Origin: Candidatus Ozemobacteraceae bacterium
GTDB taxonomy: Bacteria; Muiribacteriota; Ozemobacteria; Ozemobacterales; Ozemobacteraceae
Length of the DNA: 64,000 nucleotides
Assembly (NCBI GenBank): GCA_965140445.1
Contig: OZ223236.1
Span: 4,192,001 to 4,256,000 of the forward strand
Direction of reading: 5' to 3'
Made by a program: the position numbers and the translations under genes. Each line of letters opens with the position of its first letter. The first letter of the stretch is position 1. Positions 1-9,411 of the stretch are shown here, piece after piece. The notes beneath the pieces were generated by a model. It worked only from the letters and a program-made list of their open reading frames with translations. It did no database searches and had not been told where the DNA came from.

Positions 1-720
1 CTACATACGATCAGCAAGCTCATTTACCTTGCATAGAAATTGGCTGTTGAATTCAGGATCATCAATCCATGGGGCTTCAAGCTTCTTAGACAAATCGTTC
101 GAGATCTTTTTACCTAATACAACTTCCCTTCCAGCCTGCTGCACCAGCTTTAGATAATTGGTCACCAATTTAGAAAATTCCGGAGTCTGCATAGTTAAAA
201 AAGCCCCTGCCCCTCGATAAATCTCTCCACAAAGGGTCATTTGAGAATTCCTGCAAAAACGCCGGTAAAATGTTCTTAATACCGAAAAGTGGCTCTGCTC
301 TGGATATCCACAATTGCTAATTGCGATAAGGCCAAATGGTTTATCGTATTTCATACAATGGCGGCTTTCTCCATTGCTATCTAACTCCCAGTGAGGATCT
401 CCAATAGGCATCAAACGATCAATGAATGTTTTCATAATCCCGGTAATATTATCAGCATAAACTGGGCAGGCGAAAACTACGATATCCGCTTCGATAAAGA
501 GTTTTATCAGGTGCTTCATATCATCGTCAATTACGCATTTAACGGATTCTTTTGTCCAACAAGCTTTGCAAGCTAAACAAGGATTAATTCTTTTAGATAT
601 GAGCCTTACACTTTCTGTTTCTGCTCCTGCATCTTTTGCTCCCAATAGGAAGTTTTCGACTAAGACTTCAGTATTTGAACTTTTTTGCTTGTGTGTCCCA
701 TTGAACGCTACAATTTTCAT
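1..720 (-). CDS. Flavodoxin-like / NADPH-dependent FMN reductase family (iron-sulfur flavoprotein-like) protein
   Basis: MKIVAFNGT..SNT start, CxxCxxC..C motif (PCLACKACW...C), ADIVVFACPVY, MKTFIDRL. ATG at 720 preceded by GGAGG, preferred over TTG at 732. Confidence 0.85.
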   Translation of the reverse strand: MKIVAFNGTHKQKSSNTEVLVENFLLGAKDAGAETESVRLISKRINPCLACKACWTKESVKCVIDDDMKHLIKLFIEADIVVFACPVYADNITGIMKTFIDRLMPIGDPHWELDSNGESRHCMKYDKPFGLIAISNCGYPEQSHFSVLRTFYRRFCRNSQMTLCGEIYRGAGAFLTMQTPEFSKLVTNYLKLVQQAGREVVLGKKISNDLSKKLEAPWIDDPEFNSQFLCKVNELADRM

Positions 721-740
721 GAATTCCTCCAAATCTTTTA

Positions 741-767
741 AATAATGAACGTTTCATTCACTTTTAA
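741..767. promoter_or_regulatory. Putative TetR operator (copy 1)
   Basis: Palindrome AATGAA-cgt-TTCATT inside a 27-bp element 23/27 identical to 1424-1450. Confidence 0.7.
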
Positions 768-784
768 ATTTTTAGTAAAAAAAA

Positions 785-1396
785 CTAACGCAAAACAGAG
801 ATTCCAGCTAAATGATAACTTAACAACTCTCTCATAACCGCCTCTCTTTCCTTATCATCATAATCGCCTTTAAGGACAGACACCATTGCCTGAATCAGAT
901 TTGAATAAATAATATCCAGAATTACTTTTCTGTTTACGCAACTATCACTGGCGGATCGGGGCAAAATTTCCTCGTAGTGATTATTTACACTTAAAACAAT
1001 AATCTCTTTGATTTCTTCCCTGAAATCTGAATATTCAGTATTTTCGCAACCATTCAATAAGACCAGAAGTCTCTGACGTTCCTTTATTAAGAATTGCAAC
1101 AAAACTGCATTCTCAATATGAAAAGATTTCAGGCCAGCAATTTTTTTGTTATCCATTCCTCTGACAAGTTCTATTTTGCTTCGAATCATATTCAGGCACT
1201 TTTTTACAAAGGGTTTAGGAATAATTGAATACAACAGGTCGATTTTATTGCTGTAATAACGATAAATATTGCCCGTAGAAACTCCTGCCTCAGCGGCTAT
1301 TTCAGCTACAGTAGTCGCCAAAAAACCATGTTGAGAAAAAAGTCTTAAAGCTGAGCATTCTATTCTGTGTTTGACTCCTGCTTTTTTTACCTGCAT
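785..1396 (-). CDS. TetR/AcrR family transcriptional regulator
   Basis: N-terminal HTH: ALRLFSQHGFLATTVAEIAAEAGVSTGNIYRYYSNKIDL. Confidence 0.93.
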   Translation of the reverse strand: MQVKKAGVKHRIECSALRLFSQHGFLATTVAEIAAEAGVSTGNIYRYYSNKIDLLYSIIPKPFVKKCLNMIRSKIELVRGMDNKKIAGLKSFHIENAVLLQFLIKERQRLLVLLNGCENTEYSDFREEIKEIIVLSVNNHYEEILPRSASDSCVNRKVILDIIYSNLIQAMVSVLKGDYDDKEREAVMRELLSYHLAGISVLR

Positions 1397-1423
1397 ACAA
1401 TATTTCCTTTTTTGCCTGTACCC

Positions 1424-1450
1424 AATAATGAATATCTCATTCTCTTTTAA
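1424..1450. promoter_or_regulatory. Putative TetR operator (copy 2, autoregulatory)
   Basis: AATAATGAAtatcTCATTCtCTTTTAA, near-copy of 741-767, just upstream of the tetR start. Confidence 0.7.
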
Positions 1451-1986
1451 TTTACAAAAAAATACTTAATTTAGCAACCCAATTTTACCTATTTGCAAAC
1501 TTAATTAGTTGCGAAATCACAGAATAATCAATTTTTGCGCAAAGCTCCTGGAAAAAGTCATGAGCAAAAAGAATACTCAAATTTTATCCAGCGACTGAGA
1601 ATTTAACAAAATGTGAAATTAGACTCTCACAAAAACTCAGCACCTATTAGGCAAAGCCAGGAATGAAATACTAGAATTGCGTTTTTGAACATATTGCACG
1701 GGCGTTTGCCAAAATAACCTTCTTAGGAACAACAAATTTCACCAGCAAATTTGAGGAATAAAAATGTACTTCTATTAAATGTTTAAAAGCAAATGGGACG
1801 AGTTGAACATAAATTTCTCAGTTTTCTACCAGTACTAGTATTTAGTTTTTGACCATATTTGAGGGAATGCACCCAAATCCATCAGCCAAAGGGGTGAGGC
1901 AATATTTATACTGTTAACAACTAAATTTGGAATTATTTGTTATTAACAGTATAATTGTCAGATAAACATTTAATTTGAGGTGAAAA

Positions 1987-3489
1987 ATGAGAAAGAGTTT
2001 TGTTTTTGTAGCTCTGTTTCTTGTTCTTGGCATGTTGTTTGGCCAAGCCAATTGTTACGCTGCTGGTGGAGTTGAAAAAGCCTTTGACAGCATCAAAACC
2101 AATTCCTATGATCCTGATGCGCAAATCAGATTCATGCCGGATAATGTTAAAGCCTGGTTTGCAAGATGGGCAATACTGGATAAAGCAACCAAATCAATTG
2201 ATGTAACCTATTTCATCGTTGAGCAGGATATTTTTGGAATGAGCATGCTTGGAATGCTTATGAAGAAAGCTAGACAAGGTGTTAACATAAGATTGATGGT
2301 TGACGCCCGAGGAACAAAAGGACTGACCAGAAAGCTTATGGGACAGGATGTTCTTCAAGAAATGCTCAAGCTTAAAAACGTTTCAATAAGAGTTTTCAAC
2401 CCTGTACACAAAAAACTCTGGGCAGTATTTGATGACCTGCGCAAACTTACGGGCAGCAATCATGACAAAATTATCCTCGTTGATGGCGAATATCTCATCA
2501 CAGGTGGCAGAAATGTTTCAGCAAGCTATTTTGTAGATCCAAGAGATGTTCCAACTGTCTACAGAGATACTGACATCCTTATCAAAAGCCAAAAAGTTGC
2601 AAAGCAAGCCAGACTTGCATTTGAAGAAGAATTTAATAGCGCCGGAAACTTCAAAATCTATAAAGACCTTTTTGGTAATGCAGACGTAATGAGTAAACAT
2701 CTGGACATAGCCTATAATTCTATGCGCAGATATATAATGGGTATGGGCCTCTACAAATATCCATCAGATAAACTTTCTAAAGAAGCAAATGCACTTTTGA
2801 AGAAATACGGCGATGAATTAAAAAAATACAAACATATGCAACACTTTGCTTCATTCAGATTGTTTGAAGGACAAAGAAAATACCCTACCAGAATCCTGGA
2901 CAAACACTCAATTGCTGGGCCAAGAAATGACATCACCAATAATCTTGTAAAACTCATGGATGCCGCTGAAAAAGAAATTATCATCCAGAATCCTTACGTG
3001 GTTCTGACTGAAACAGCTGAGGCCGCAATTAAAAGAGCCAGCGATCGTGGAGTTAAAGTAATTATTCATACTAACAGCCCAATGAGTAGCGACAGTCTTT
3101 TAACTCAGGCTATGTTTCTTGGCGATTGGAAAAGAATCTTAAAAGAAATGCCAAATACTAGAATTTTTGGTTACAAAATTTCAAGTAAGCTTCATTCCAA
3201 AGTGTTTGTATTCGATCGTAAAGTTGCGATTATCGGAACTTACAACATGGATTATGTCAGCGAAAAAATCAATTCTGAAGTAGTTGCAGCGGTAAAATCA
3301 CCTTCATTTGCAAATAGAGTTGCCCTAAAGATTTTCAATGATATTAAGAATTCACATGAATACAAAATTAAAGTTGAAAGAGATGGTTCAGTTACAACAG
3401 TATTTGGTCCAGAAACCCATTCAGATCCAAAAGTTATTAAAAGACTAAATCTTCTCCAGAAGCTTCAGTGGCTTAAACCTTTGATCTAA
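1987..3489 (+). CDS. Exported phospholipase D family protein (cardiolipin synthase ClsC-like)
   Basis: Two HKD motifs (NHDKIILVDG, LHSKVFVFD), N-terminal signal peptide, GAGGT RBS. Confidence 0.88.
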   Translation: MRKSFVFVALFLVLGMLFGQANCYAAGGVEKAFDSIKTNSYDPDAQIRFMPDNVKAWFARWAILDKATKSIDVTYFIVEQDIFGMSMLGMLMKKARQGVNIRLMVDARGTKGLTRKLMGQDVLQEMLKLKNVSIRVFNPVHKKLWAVFDDLRKLTGSNHDKIILVDGEYLITGGRNVSASYFVDPRDVPTVYRDTDILIKSQKVAKQARLAFEEEFNSAGNFKIYKDLFGNADVMSKHLDIAYNSMRRYIMGMGLYKYPSDKLSKEANALLKKYGDELKKYKHMQHFASFRLFEGQRKYPTRILDKHSIAGPRNDITNNLVKLMDAAEKEIIIQNPYVVLTETAEAAIKRASDRGVKVIIHTNSPMSSDSLLTQAMFLGDWKRILKEMPNTRIFGYKISSKLHSKVFVFDRKVAIIGTYNMDYVSEKINSEVVAAVKSPSFANRVALKIFNDIKNSHEYKIKVERDGSVTTVFGPETHSDPKVIKRLNLLQKLQWLKPLI

Positions 3490-3501
3490 CAAATAAGAAT
3501 T

Positions 3502-3540
3502 AAAGCGGGCTGTCTCAAAGAGGCGGCCCGCTTTTCTTTT
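3502..3540 (+). terminator. Intrinsic terminator after the PLD gene
   Basis: AAAGCGGGCTGTCTC-aaa-GAGGCGGCCCGCTTT followed by a T tract. Confidence 0.85.
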
Positions 3541-3589
3541 GCCAACAATACTCCCTGAAAAATAATTTCATTTCTTTTTGCATATACTT

Positions 3590-3641
3590 TTGACTTTTGA
3601 AAAAAAATCCGTATCTTTGTTCTAAGTGAAATTTATCACAT
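3590..3641 (+). promoter_or_regulatory. sigma70-like promoter with a Rex/CRP-type palindrome at the start site
   Basis: TTGACT-N16-TATCTT (3590-3617), then AAGTGAAATTTATCACAT (3624-3641). Confidence 0.55.
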
Positions 3642-3667
3642 AGCGTAAAACATAAGGAGCCTTCAAA

Positions 3668-4765
3668 GTGCAGAAAGTATTCGAAAAAATCGACAATGGG
3701 ATAGATTTAAATAAGCAAGATCTTGTGACATTGCTATCTGTTGAAGGTGAAGAAAACTTACAAAAGCTATTTGATAAAGCATATCAAATTAAGAAAAGAT
3801 TCATTGGAACCAAAGCATATTTTAGAGGAATTGTTGAATTCAGCAATTACTGCACAAAAGATTGCTATTATTGTGGAATTCGTAAAAGCAATGAAGAAGC
3901 CGAAAGATTCATAATTCCAGAAGAAGAAATTATAAAATCAGCTGTCTGGGCATATGAATCAGATTATGGTTCTGCTGTTTTGCAATCAGGCGAAAGATCT
4001 GATGATGATTTCATAGATATGGTTGAAAGAATCCTAAAGGAAATCAAGTCAAGAACAAATGGAAAACTAGGGATAACACTTTCATTGGGAGAGCAATCAG
4101 AACAAACCTACAAGAGGTGGTTTAATGCTGGAGCCCATAGATATTTATTAAGAATTGAGACTTCAAACGAAGAGCTATATAAAAAGCTTCACCCGGAAGA
4201 CCATATATTTTCAAAACGTGTTGAATGCCTCAGCAGATTAAGACGAGCCGGGTTTCAGGTTGGAACAGGCGTTATGATGGGGCTTCCATTTCAGACAATT
4301 GAGAATCTTGCTGACGACATCATGTTTTTCAAGAAAATGGATGTTGATATGATTGGTATGGGGCCATATATTTTTCATAAAAAAACCCCATTGGAGCAAT
4401 ATCGAAAAGACTGGGAAAAATCTCCAGAAGAATTGCTAAATCTGGGTTTGAAAATGATTGCGGTGACAAGAATTTTCTTAAAAGACGTCAATATTGCTGC
4501 TACAACCGCACTACAGGCACTTAAGTTTAACGGGCGTGAACTAGGACTAAAGGCTGGAGCGAATGTGATTATGCCCAATACTACTGACACAAAATATCGG
4601 GAAAGTTATAAGCTTTATGAAAACAAACCTTGCACTGATGAAAATGCTTCTCAATGTCGAGGCTGTCTACAAAACAGAATTGAAGGAATTGGTGAAACGA
4701 TTGGTTTTGGAGAATGGGGCGATTCGCCACACTTTTTCAGCAGAAATGAAAAGGCCAAAAACTAA
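3668..4765 (+). CDS. hydE: [FeFe]-hydrogenase maturase HydE-like radical SAM enzyme
   Basis: RGIVEFSNYCTKDCYYCGIR (CxxxCxxC), VLQSGE, RYLLRIETS, MIGMGPYI, GANVIMPN, YKLYENKP. GTG start with GGAG RBS. Confidence 0.82.
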   Translation: MQKVFEKIDNGIDLNKQDLVTLLSVEGEENLQKLFDKAYQIKKRFIGTKAYFRGIVEFSNYCTKDCYYCGIRKSNEEAERFIIPEEEIIKSAVWAYESDYGSAVLQSGERSDDDFIDMVERILKEIKSRTNGKLGITLSLGEQSEQTYKRWFNAGAHRYLLRIETSNEELYKKLHPEDHIFSKRVECLSRLRRAGFQVGTGVMMGLPFQTIENLADDIMFFKKMDVDMIGMGPYIFHKKTPLEQYRKDWEKSPEELLNLGLKMIAVTRIFLKDVNIAATTALQALKFNGRELGLKAGANVIMPNTTDTKYRESYKLYENKPCTDENASQCRGCLQNRIEGIGETIGFGEWGDSPHFFSRNEKAKN

Positions 4766-4773
4766 CAGCCACT

Positions 4774-6675
4774 TTATTCTGGAGCTGGTTCATCCATAAG
4801 ACCTGCAAAACTGATTTTTTCACTTTCTTCCAACCAAAATGAAAATGCTATAGGAAGGAATTCGCCTATTCCAAAGGTTGAATCCGGGTATTTCCCTTGA
4901 AGCAAGCCCAGGCCAACCCGAATTAAACCTGATATTTTTTTATCAGTGTTCATTATCAGGCGCATGATTTCAATGCCTTCATTGAAGAAGTCAGCATCAA
5001 ATCTAACCTGTGCTAATCGCCAGATAATATCATCTCTGGCATCATTTGAAACAATCTTTTCAAGCGTTTGTAAAGCAATATGAAATTTCTCAAATTTTGC
5101 CATAAAAATAACGCATTCACCCAATATTTGGTCAGTTTGATCCGAATTTTGTAATTTTTCAGCAACCCTGATTGAACCCATTATTAGATCAAATTTCCTA
5201 CGATAATTTCTATTGGATGGATTTGCTTTAACCAATTCAAAAAATGCACGAAGCCGATAAAAATCATCTTTCAAGGCACTGAGCTTAGCAATAGCTTCCC
5301 CGAACCGATCCAATTCTGATAGTTTTATGGCAAAGCAAACGAGTGCTTTTTCTCTGGATTCACCTGGATCAATTGTTTCCAGGGTTTCTTCAGCTGCCAC
5401 AAGATGGCCCATTTTCAGGCAGCTTTTAACAACAGCCAACATGAGTCTTGAGCGAGTTTCTGCGTCAGAATGCCCTGCAATTTTTCTTATAACATCTTTT
5501 ATGAGTTGATTGGCTTCAGCAGTGTAACGGTATTCTTCAAACAATTCTGCTGCAGAAACGATAATTGCGACCTGTTCTCCAAAATCGATAAACCCAGCGG
5601 TAAGCCTTACAGATTCTTTCAGAAAATCTATAGCTATCTGGACAAGATTCTTCCCTCGATAAGCCCGCGCTATTGCCTGAAGAGCTCTGGCTTTGAAAAG
5701 AGGTGAAACAATTTGATCCGCAGTCTCTTTTGCCTGTGAGAAATAGCCTTCTGCGGAATATCTGGATACCAGGTTACACATTAACTCTGATCTAATATTT
5801 TTTTCATGAACCTTTTCAATAATGTCCTGGATATTTCCAAGCTGACCAAGATCAATTAAATTACTTGCAATAAAATTAAGGGTGGCGGCTCTAATCTCTG
5901 AATTTTCTATGGTTTCGCAAACCTCGTGAGCCCAAAAAAACTCTCGACTCTCACCAAGTTTTTTTGCAATTTTAGATAGTCCGGTATCTCTGGATTTTTT
6001 ATCTTCAGCTCGCTCAACAAGTTCTATAGAATTGTTAAACAATTGAATGGCTCTTTCCCTCTGTTTTCTCAGGAAATAAGTATAGCCAAGGTCGGTAAGT
6101 AATCTTATTTGATCAGATAGTTCGGTAAAAAAAGCCGAAAGGGTCAAAGCTCGCTCAAACTCTTGTATTTCAGAGTAGCGAATAGACAAAAAGTTAAGAC
6201 TGTCATTCCTTTTGTGCACATCTTCAATATTATCTATAGCTGAAGAAGCTTCATTAAGAATTTTCAAAGCCCTTTCTGGCTGTTGATTTTTCCAAAACAT
6301 CATGGCCAGATCAGCAAGCATCTCTGCTTTCAAATCATTTGCTCTTAGGTTGGTGGCACAATCATACAGAATAGTTAAAAGCTCTTCTTTACGCGCTTTT
6401 TCCCTTAAACTAAGAATTTTTTTCTCAAGCTGTTTAAACGAAAATTCCCCTATCCTGACTTTGCGCTGGGCAATCCTCAAAGCCAACTGTGAAGCCGGAA
6501 ATTTCTCTGGAATTGAATCTATGAGGTTCAAAGTTTGCTTATATAAATTCAGTGACTTAATGAAATTAGTTTTCTCTTCTTTCCTGGCGTCCTTAAAAAG
6601 ATGAAACGCCTGAATGAAAAGATATTTTTCATTAAATCTGGTAATTTTTGCTGGTTTTCTGTTCTGATTTCCCAT
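4774..6675 (-). CDS. TPR-like alpha-solenoid repeat protein
   Basis: Repeated helical pattern (A..I....R..AL..IA) over 633 aa; no catalytic motif seen. Confidence 0.7.
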   Translation of the reverse strand: MGNQNRKPAKITRFNEKYLFIQAFHLFKDARKEEKTNFIKSLNLYKQTLNLIDSIPEKFPASQLALRIAQRKVRIGEFSFKQLEKKILSLREKARKEELLTILYDCATNLRANDLKAEMLADLAMMFWKNQQPERALKILNEASSAIDNIEDVHKRNDSLNFLSIRYSEIQEFERALTLSAFFTELSDQIRLLTDLGYTYFLRKQRERAIQLFNNSIELVERAEDKKSRDTGLSKIAKKLGESREFFWAHEVCETIENSEIRAATLNFIASNLIDLGQLGNIQDIIEKVHEKNIRSELMCNLVSRYSAEGYFSQAKETADQIVSPLFKARALQAIARAYRGKNLVQIAIDFLKESVRLTAGFIDFGEQVAIIVSAAELFEEYRYTAEANQLIKDVIRKIAGHSDAETRSRLMLAVVKSCLKMGHLVAAEETLETIDPGESREKALVCFAIKLSELDRFGEAIAKLSALKDDFYRLRAFFELVKANPSNRNYRRKFDLIMGSIRVAEKLQNSDQTDQILGECVIFMAKFEKFHIALQTLEKIVSNDARDDIIWRLAQVRFDADFFNEGIEIMRLIMNTDKKISGLIRVGLGLLQGKYPDSTFGIGEFLPIAFSFWLEESEKISFAGLMDEPAPE

Positions 6676-6911
6676 AGCGACCCTTTAACTATACTTAAAT
6701 GATACAGTCTTGAACAAAAAATCGTAAGGCAATATTGCTCCTCAGAAGAATTTACAAATCTAATTCCATGTCGATAGATTACAAACCAGATAAATTCTAC
6801 ACACTGCCTTTTATTGATTATATCATTCACTGCCAGATTTTTCTTTAGTTTATACATTTACCAATCAGCAAATTTAATTACTATTATATAAAACTCTCTT
6901 AAGGAATTCTT

Positions 6912-7403
6912 ATGAATGAAAACTTCTTCTCTTTCAAAGCAAATCTCATAAATGGAGAACCTTTTAACTTTGAGGATTTAAAAGGAAAAGTCACCCTCGT
7001 GGTTAATACAGCGAGCAAATGTGGCTTTACTTCACAGTATGCTGGCCTGGAAGATCTTCACAAGAAATACCATGCCAATGGGCTTGAAATCCTTGGCTTT
7101 CCATGCGATCAGTTTGGGAATCAAGAACCTGGTTCTAATGAAGAAGTTGCTTCCTTCTGTAGATTGAACTATCAAACAGAGTTCAAACTTTTTGAAAAAG
7201 TCAAAGTTAATGGTGATGATGCCCACCCACTGTTTATTTTCCTGCAAAACTCTTTAACAGGATTTATCACAAATTCAATAAAGTGGAATTTTACCAAATT
7301 CCTTATAGACCCGGACGGAAATCCTATAAAAAGATATGCTCCAACCGTGGCGCCAGCAAGCATTGAAGGCGACATAAAAAACTTGTTAGAAAGTAAGGCT
7401 TAA
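6912..7403 (+). CDS. Glutathione peroxidase family protein (Cys-type, cytoplasmic)
   Basis: VVNTASKCGFT, LGFPCDQFGNQEPG, IKWNFTKFL. Confidence 0.95.
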   Translation: MNENFFSFKANLINGEPFNFEDLKGKVTLVVNTASKCGFTSQYAGLEDLHKKYHANGLEILGFPCDQFGNQEPGSNEEVASFCRLNYQTEFKLFEKVKVNGDDAHPLFIFLQNSLTGFITNSIKWNFTKFLIDPDGNPIKRYAPTVAPASIEGDIKNLLESKA

Positions 7404-7405
7404 TA

Positions 7406-8035
7406 ATGAAAAAAACTTTTCTCCCAATAGCAATTTTATTGATTTCCGGGGTTATTTTTACCTTTGTTTGCAATGGCGCTGAGGTTAATAAATCCAGTCT
7501 GGAAAACGCAAATTCCTCTCTGAAAAATAAAACAACACTAACAGATACCAAAAACATCGCTAAGCTTTATAGCTTTAAAGCAAAATTAATAAATGGCGAA
7601 GATTTCGATTTTTCAAATTTAAAAGGTAAAGTAGTTCTTGTGGTTAATACTGCCAGCGAATGTGGCTTTACCGGCCAATATGCTGGATTAGAAGAGCTTC
7701 ATCAAAAATTCAATAATAAAGGTTTGGAAATTCTTGCATTTCCATGCAATCAATTTGGCCGGCAAGAGCCTGGCACCAATAAGGAAATTGAAAGTTTTTG
7801 CAGTCTAAAATATCAAACCCACTTTAAAGTTTTTGAAAAAATTAAAGTAAATGGGTCAGATGCACATCCTTTGTATAAATATTTAAGAAGCGCTTTACCA
7901 GGCTTTATTACCAACTCGATAAAATGGAATTTTACCAAGTTCCTGTTAGACACAAACGGAAAACCAATAAAACGATACGCTTCAAATGTATCTCCCAAAA
8001 GCCTGACAAAGGATATTTCTGCCCTTTTACCATAA
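7406..8035 (+). CDS. Glutathione peroxidase family protein with signal peptide
   Basis: VVNTASECGFT, AFPCNQFGRQEPG, IKWNFTKFL; N-terminal MKK plus hydrophobic stretch. Confidence 0.95.
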   Translation: MKKTFLPIAILLISGVIFTFVCNGAEVNKSSLENANSSLKNKTTLTDTKNIAKLYSFKAKLINGEDFDFSNLKGKVVLVVNTASECGFTGQYAGLEELHQKFNNKGLEILAFPCNQFGRQEPGTNKEIESFCSLKYQTHFKVFEKIKVNGSDAHPLYKYLRSALPGFITNSIKWNFTKFLLDTNGKPIKRYASNVSPKSLTKDISALLP

Positions 8036-8048
8036 TAGGAGGGAAAAC

Positions 8049-8990
8049 TTGAAAAAAGCAATAATTCTGTCTTTGCTGGCAATCTTTGCTGCAATTTTGT
8101 TTGTAAATGACACCAGGGGGAAGGAAATGGAATTCAGAAAACTTACTCCAGAAGAGGAAAGAGTAATAGTAAATAAAGGAACAGAAAGACCTTTTACAGG
8201 AGAGCTATTGAACAACAAAGAACCGGGGACTTACCATTGTAAGCGCTGTAACGCAGCTCTTTACAAGTCTGAAGACAAATTCAAATCTGGTTGCGGATGG
8301 CCGTCCTTCGATGATGAAATAAAAGGAGCGGTAAAAAGAGTTCCAGATGCTGACGGATCAAGGGTTGAAATCGTTTGCCAGGCTTGTGGTGCTCATTTGG
8401 GTCACGTTTTTACCGGAGAAGGATTTACCCCGAAAAACACCCGACATTGTGTGAATTCAATTTCCATGGTTTTTGAGCCTGAAAAAGTTGAGCCTGACAA
8501 AAAGCTTAAGAAAGCTATCTTTGCCGGAGGATGTTTTTGGGGTGTAGAACACTTATTAAAACAGCAAAAGGGCGTAATAAATACTTCTGTTGGCTACATT
8601 GGCGGCAAAACTGACAATCCTACTTACAAGCAGGTGTGTCACGAGGGAACAGGCCATGCAGAAGCAGTATTGGTAGAGTTCGATGAAAGTGTCGTCAGCT
8701 ATGAAGAATTGGCAAAATTGTTTTTTGAGATTCACGACTTTACCCAGCTTGAAAGGCAGGGGCCTGACATAGGCAACCAGTATCGTACAGAAGTGTTTTA
8801 TACTGATGAAAAACAAAAAGAAACAGTGGAAAAAATAATAAAAACGCTAACCGAAATGGGCTATGAAGTAGCGACTAAAGTAACTCCAGCCAGCCATTTC
8901 TGGCCAGCTGAAGATTATCATCAAGACTATTACAGTAAAACAGGTAAGACTCCATACTGTCATCTGCGCAAGAAAATCTTTAATCAGTAA
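8049..8990 (+). CDS. msrAB: Bifunctional methionine sulfoxide reductase MsrB-MsrA with signal peptide
   Basis: MsrB motifs (GTERPFTG, GCGWPSF, HLGHVF, RHCVNS) then MsrA motifs (FAGGCFWG, GHAEAV, AEDYHQDY). Confidence 0.95.
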   Translation: MKKAIILSLLAIFAAILFVNDTRGKEMEFRKLTPEEERVIVNKGTERPFTGELLNNKEPGTYHCKRCNAALYKSEDKFKSGCGWPSFDDEIKGAVKRVPDADGSRVEIVCQACGAHLGHVFTGEGFTPKNTRHCVNSISMVFEPEKVEPDKKLKKAIFAGGCFWGVEHLLKQQKGVINTSVGYIGGKTDNPTYKQVCHEGTGHAEAVLVEFDESVVSYEELAKLFFEIHDFTQLERQGPDIGNQYRTEVFYTDEKQKETVEKIIKTLTEMGYEVATKVTPASHFWPAEDYHQDYYSKTGKTPYCHLRKKIFNQ

Positions 8991-9183
8991 CTTTTCTTTC
9001 CTTTAAGCCCATTTTTTTCAAAATGAAAACTGCTGGGCAAAGACCTGTAAATGCTGACTGTATAAGATTAAGAGCAACAAAAACAGTTAACCATACCCAG
9101 TAGTGGTTGACATACCAGGTTAACCCTAAACTAAGCAATATCATTAAACTAGCTAAGATTCTTATTCCATCGTCTATAGCCAT
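8980..9183 (-). CDS. DUF2892 / YgaP-like small membrane protein
   Basis: Two hydrophobic segments, NLIQSAFTGLCPAVFILKKMG motif. ATG 9183 follows GGAG. Confidence 0.85.
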   Translation of the reverse strand: MAIDDGIRILASLMILLSLGLTWYVNHYWVWLTVFVALNLIQSAFTGLCPAVFILKKMGLKERKVTD

Positions 9184-9220
9184 AATTATCATCTCCATTT
9201 AGTATTTGTAAATTATAGCC

Positions 9221-9235
9221 GCATTTTCTGTGCCA
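9221..9235 (-). promoter_or_regulatory. sigma54 -24/-12 promoter for the DUF2892 gene
   Basis: Minus strand TGGCACAGAAAATGC (GG-N10-GC), next to a sigma54 activator gene. Confidence 0.8.
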
Positions 9236-9258
9236 CAGGATTTAATTTTCCATTGGTT

Positions 9259-9310
9259 AAACAAAAGCGATAGGGCCAAAGCTTCGGTTTTAGCTCTATC
9301 GCTTTTGTTT
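9259..9310 (+). terminator. Long terminator-like hairpin with C(UUCG)G loop
   Basis: 15-bp perfect outer stem AAACAAAAGCGATAG/CTATCGCTTTTGTTT; inner stem has G-U pairs on the + strand. Confidence 0.7.
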
Positions 9311-9372
9311 CAGCATCATCCTCCGCAAAAAATCACATCGAAAAAAAAGAGTGACAGAAACAACTTCAGCAA

Positions 9373-9395
9373 GGTAACGTTACACATGCGTTACC
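9373..9395. promoter_or_regulatory. Candidate enhancer (UAS) for the sigma54 activator
   Basis: GGTAACG-N9-CGTTACC inverted repeat overlapping the palindrome GTAACGTTAC, about 140-160 bp upstream of the sigma54 site. Confidence 0.5.
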
Positions 9396-9411
9396 CATTT
9401 TTTTATGAGGT

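Noticed and set aside
1490..1570. Cyclic di-GMP-I riboswitch (GCAAAC...GAAA...CGCAAAGC fragments)
   Set aside because: Could not build the required paired stems; spacing does not fit.
1612..1631. CRP/Rex site TGTGA...TCACA
   Set aside because: Spacer is 10 nt rather than 6.
3668..4765. PylB and pyrrolysine read-through of the TAG stops in carD and the second SpoIID
   Set aside because: No pylS/C/D/T seen, and homology after each TAG continues in a different frame, so these are frameshifts rather than read-through.
6912..8035. Selenocysteine-containing Gpx
   Set aside because: Both active sites use TGT (Cys); no in-frame TGA.
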